Positions 29,553 to 32,000 of a DNA stretch of 32,000 bases are shown here, one piece after another; within the stretch, counting starts at the first letter, position 1, and the number at the start of each line of letters is the position of its first letter. The notes under the pieces were generated by a model. The model was not told the origin of the DNA and searched no databases. It saw nothing but the letters and a program-made list of their open reading frames with translations. A program made the position numbers and the translations under genes. This DNA is from Raphidiopsis brookii D9 (GTDB lineage Bacteria; Cyanobacteriota; Cyanobacteriia; Cyanobacteriales; Nostocaceae): positions 120,001 to 152,000 of the forward strand of contig ACYB01000042.1 of the NCBI GenBank assembly GCA_000175855.1, read 5' to 3'.

Positions 29553-31262
29553 GTGGGTCAGTACCAACCTGCTCAATTAAAGCAGTATAATCCAGAAGCG
29601 ATCGCAAGTTACTATCGTTACCGTCCCTGGTTAGCTTTAGCAAGATTGCTGAGAATACTATTTTCTTTTGCGGTCTTTATATTCAGCCTTCAGTGGGATG
29701 AATGGCGAAATCAGGTTGAGGAAAATAGGGGAAAAAGAGCCACCCAGTTGCGAAAACTGTTAACCAACCTAGGTCCAACATTCATCAAAGTTGGTCAAGC
29801 TCTATCTACTCGACCAGACTTAATCCGTAAGGACTTTTTGGAGGAACTGGTAAAACTGCAAGACCAGTTACCACCGTTTGACCACGATATAGCCCTAAAT
29901 ATTATAGAAACGAATCTCAATAGGTCCATTGATGAGATATTTACCAAACTATCACCGCAACCAGTAGCAGCAGCTAGTTTGGGTCAGGTATATAGAGGGA
30001 CTTTAGTGACAGGTGAAGAAGTCGCTATCAAGGTACAACGCCCTAACCTGAGACCAATCATCACAAAAGACCTATACTTAATGCGGTGGGCAGCTAGCTG
30101 GTTAAGTCCCTGGTTACCTCTCAATCTTGGTCATGACTTAACACTAATTGTGGATGAATTTGGCACCAAATTATTTGAAGAGATAGACTACATGAATGAA
30201 GGGCGTAATGCAGAGAAATTCGCCCATAATTTTCGCAACAACCCGCAAGTAAAAGTACCAGTTATTTACTGGAGTTATAGTAGTCATCGAGTTTTAACCC
30301 TGGAATGGATTAATGGTTATAAACTCACGGATACCGAAAGGATTCGTCAAGCTGGTTTAAATCCTGAAGGTATTATTCAAATTGGGGTTACTTCTGGTTT
30401 ACAACAGCTATTAGAATATGGCTTTTTCCATGCGGATCCCCATCCGGGTAACTTATTTGCAGTGGATGATGGTCGCATGGCCTACATTGACTTTGGCATG
30501 ATGGATCAGTTGGAGGAAACAACTAAGGAAACCTTGGTGGATGCGCTGGTGCATCTTGTGAATAAGGACTACGCCGATCTAGCGGAAGATTTTGTCAGTT
30601 TGGGTTTTTTAGCCCCCGGGACAAATATTAGTCCTATTGTTCCAGCGTTAGAAGCGGTTTTGGGGAATGCTATTGGTAAGAATGTTGGGGATTTTAACTT
30701 TAAAACTATCACCGATGAATTTTCGGAATTAATGTATGATTACCCCTTTCGAGTCCCCGCCAAATTTGCTTTGATTATTCGCTCCCTGGTAACCCAGGAA
30801 GGAATTGCGTTGAGTCTTAACCGCAATTTTAAAATTGTGGAAGTTGGCTATCCATACATAGCACGTCGTCTACTGACTGGTGAATCACCTGCTTTAAGGA
30901 GACGGTTATTGAACGTACTATTTAAAAATGGTAAGTTCCAATGGCAAAGGTTAGAAAATTTGATTTCCATTGCTCGTACAGATGGGGAGTTTGATGTGGT
31001 TCCCACCGCGAAAATGGGTTTACAGTATTTACTTTCTGAAGAAGGTAAATTCTTACGTCGTCAATTGGTTTTAGCGTTGACCGAAGACGACCGTTTGCAT
31101 ACTGATGAGATACAAAGATTATGGGAGTTAGTCAAAGATGATTTACCGCCCAATCGTTTATTCAACGTAGCTCTGAATATGTTGACCGAGTTCTCTCGGG
31201 AAAGTGTAGCAGCTATTTTACCCAGAGCAGGTTCTTTTCTTTCCTCTGTTATAGCTGAATAA
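29553..31262 (+). CDS. ABC1/AarF/UbiB-family atypical kinase
   Basis: 569 aa; KRATQLRKLLTNLGPTFIKVGQALSTRPDLIRKDFLEELVKLQDQLPPF; PVAAASLGQVYRGTLVTGEEVAIKVQRPN; GFFHADPHPGNLFAVDDGRMAYIDFGMMDQL. Confidence 0.94.
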   Translation: MGQYQPAQLKQYNPEAIASYYRYRPWLALARLLRILFSFAVFIFSLQWDEWRNQVEENRGKRATQLRKLLTNLGPTFIKVGQALSTRPDLIRKDFLEELVKLQDQLPPFDHDIALNIIETNLNRSIDEIFTKLSPQPVAAASLGQVYRGTLVTGEEVAIKVQRPNLRPIITKDLYLMRWAASWLSPWLPLNLGHDLTLIVDEFGTKLFEEIDYMNEGRNAEKFAHNFRNNPQVKVPVIYWSYSSHRVLTLEWINGYKLTDTERIRQAGLNPEGIIQIGVTSGLQQLLEYGFFHADPHPGNLFAVDDGRMAYIDFGMMDQLEETTKETLVDALVHLVNKDYADLAEDFVSLGFLAPGTNISPIVPALEAVLGNAIGKNVGDFNFKTITDEFSELMYDYPFRVPAKFALIIRSLVTQEGIALSLNRNFKIVEVGYPYIARRLLTGESPALRRRLLNVLFKNGKFQWQRLENLISIARTDGEFDVVPTAKMGLQYLLSEEGKFLRRQLVLALTEDDRLHTDEIQRLWELVKDDLPPNRLFNVALNMLTEFSRESVAAILPRAGSFLSSVIAE

Positions 31263-31310
31263 TAGCCTAGTTCGTTTTTGTTGATTAGTTTTTAAAAATC
31301 AGGAGTTTTC

Positions 31311-31685
31311 ATGTATTACTATCCTCTCCAACCACCTTATATTTTGCTACTGGTAGGTTTTCTGGCCGCGTTAACTTCTGGTTTTGCTTTGTCTGGTACC
31401 CTAAAGGTAATTGTGCAAAAATGGCCAGCTAATCAAATAGAACCCATTAAATCAGCTGGTTCTTTGAAAAAATTGTTATTGCCATTTATAGGAATTACAG
31501 GGGGCGTTTGTTTATTTATGTCTTCTGGGTTAGAAATATTTGGTTTTCCCTCCCCCCTCGCTTTGGGTATAGGTCTACCATTGAGTTTGGCAACTTGTTT
31601 GTTTGTCTGGTTCCAACTGGGTAGTTTACTAGAGTTTGTTAGTAATCGTGGAATGCAATCTCTTGATTTAGATTCTTGGTCTTAA
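31311..31685 (+). CDS. Conserved cyanobacterial hypothetical membrane protein
   Basis: 124 aa with about 3 hydrophobic helices; same strand and 48 nt downstream of the ubiB-like gene. Confidence 0.6.
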   Translation: MYYYPLQPPYILLLVGFLAALTSGFALSGTLKVIVQKWPANQIEPIKSAGSLKKLLLPFIGITGGVCLFMSSGLEIFGFPSPLALGIGLPLSLATCLFVWFQLGSLLEFVSNRGMQSLDLDSWS

Positions 31686-31709
31686 AGGTTCTCCAGAATC
31701 GTTGTTAAA

Positions 31710-31730
31710 TCTCTCCTCTTAGAGGAGAGA
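31710..31730. terminator. Perfect 9-bp inverted repeat with 3-nt loop: T-CTCTCCTC-TTA-GAGGAGAG-A
   Basis: Direct reading of bases 31710-31730, between the 31311..31685 ORF and the gloB start. Terminator-like, but the following T tract (ggtttaataattt) is weak. Confidence 0.45.
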
Positions 31731-31770
31731 GGTTTAATAATTTCTATATAAGATATAAATGAGGCAAAAA

Positions 31771-32000
31771 TAATGCAAATCATTCAATTATCAGCACTGT
31801 CTGATAACTATATATTTCTCCTATACGATTCATATCATAATATTGCTGCTGTTGTCGATCCCGCTCAACCAGAACCAGTTATAGAAAAACTTACGGAATT
31901 ACAATGCAATTTGGTCGCCATTTTTAATACCCATCATCATCATGACCATGTGGGAGGTAATCAGAAATTAATTGAAAAATTTCCCCAGGTGACCATATAT
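31771..32000 (+). CDS. gloB: Hydroxyacylglutathione hydrolase (glyoxalase II), 5' part, truncated by window end
   Basis: MQIIQLSALSDNYIFLLYDSYHNIAAVVDPAQPEPVIEKLTELQCNLVAIFNTHHHHDHVGGNQKLIEKFPQVTI contains the metallo-beta-lactamase HxHxDH motif. Confidence 0.9.

Noticed and set aside
29362-29643. 93-aa ORF (-) upstream of and overlapping the UbiB-like gene start
   Set aside because: It overlaps a strong CDS start, has no recognisable motif, and is likely chance.
1-32000. CRISPR array, transposon/IS element, toxin-antitoxin pair, retron, DGR or defence island
   Set aside because: No spaced direct repeats, transposase, reverse transcriptase, Cas, or restriction-modification motifs were seen in the ORFs; gene content is core cyanobacterial.

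Overview
The window is 32 kb of AT-rich cyanobacterial chromosome. HIP1 octamers (GCGATCGC) are frequent, and the gene content and order resemble filamentous heterocyst-lineage Nostocales. It is mostly housekeeping and photosynthetic genes. The centrepiece is a kaiA-kaiB-kaiC clock operon (minus strand, about 8.38-10.67 kb) with the short, C-terminal-only KaiA. Downstream of it is a TolC/HgdD-like outer membrane gene. Divergent from it is a 1056-aa CBS-PAS-histidine kinase whose tail appears to carry three degenerate receiver-like segments. Other genes: B12-binding radical SAM protein, CPP1-like J-like protein, DhaM-type EIIA-HPr-EI fusion, YlmH-like S4 protein, GT39 glycosyltransferase, Ycf20/DUF565, glycerate kinase, pdxA, pcyA, maf, psbP-like, tRNA-Lys(UUU), aldose epimerase, cydAB, ictB, DUF29, smpB, LuxR-type response regulator, LMW phosphatase, UbiB/ABC1 kinase and a partial glyoxalase II. 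Three genes (radical SAM, TolC-like, and a small putative lipoprotein) are each split by an apparent single-base indel in or next to a short homopolymer; these are either sequencing errors or real lesions. I see no CRISPR array, transposase, phage module or defence island. The best lead is the pseudo-receiver-bearing kinase divergent from a kai operon whose KaiA lacks its own pseudo-receiver. Domain calls come from motif recognition by eye, not from database searches.
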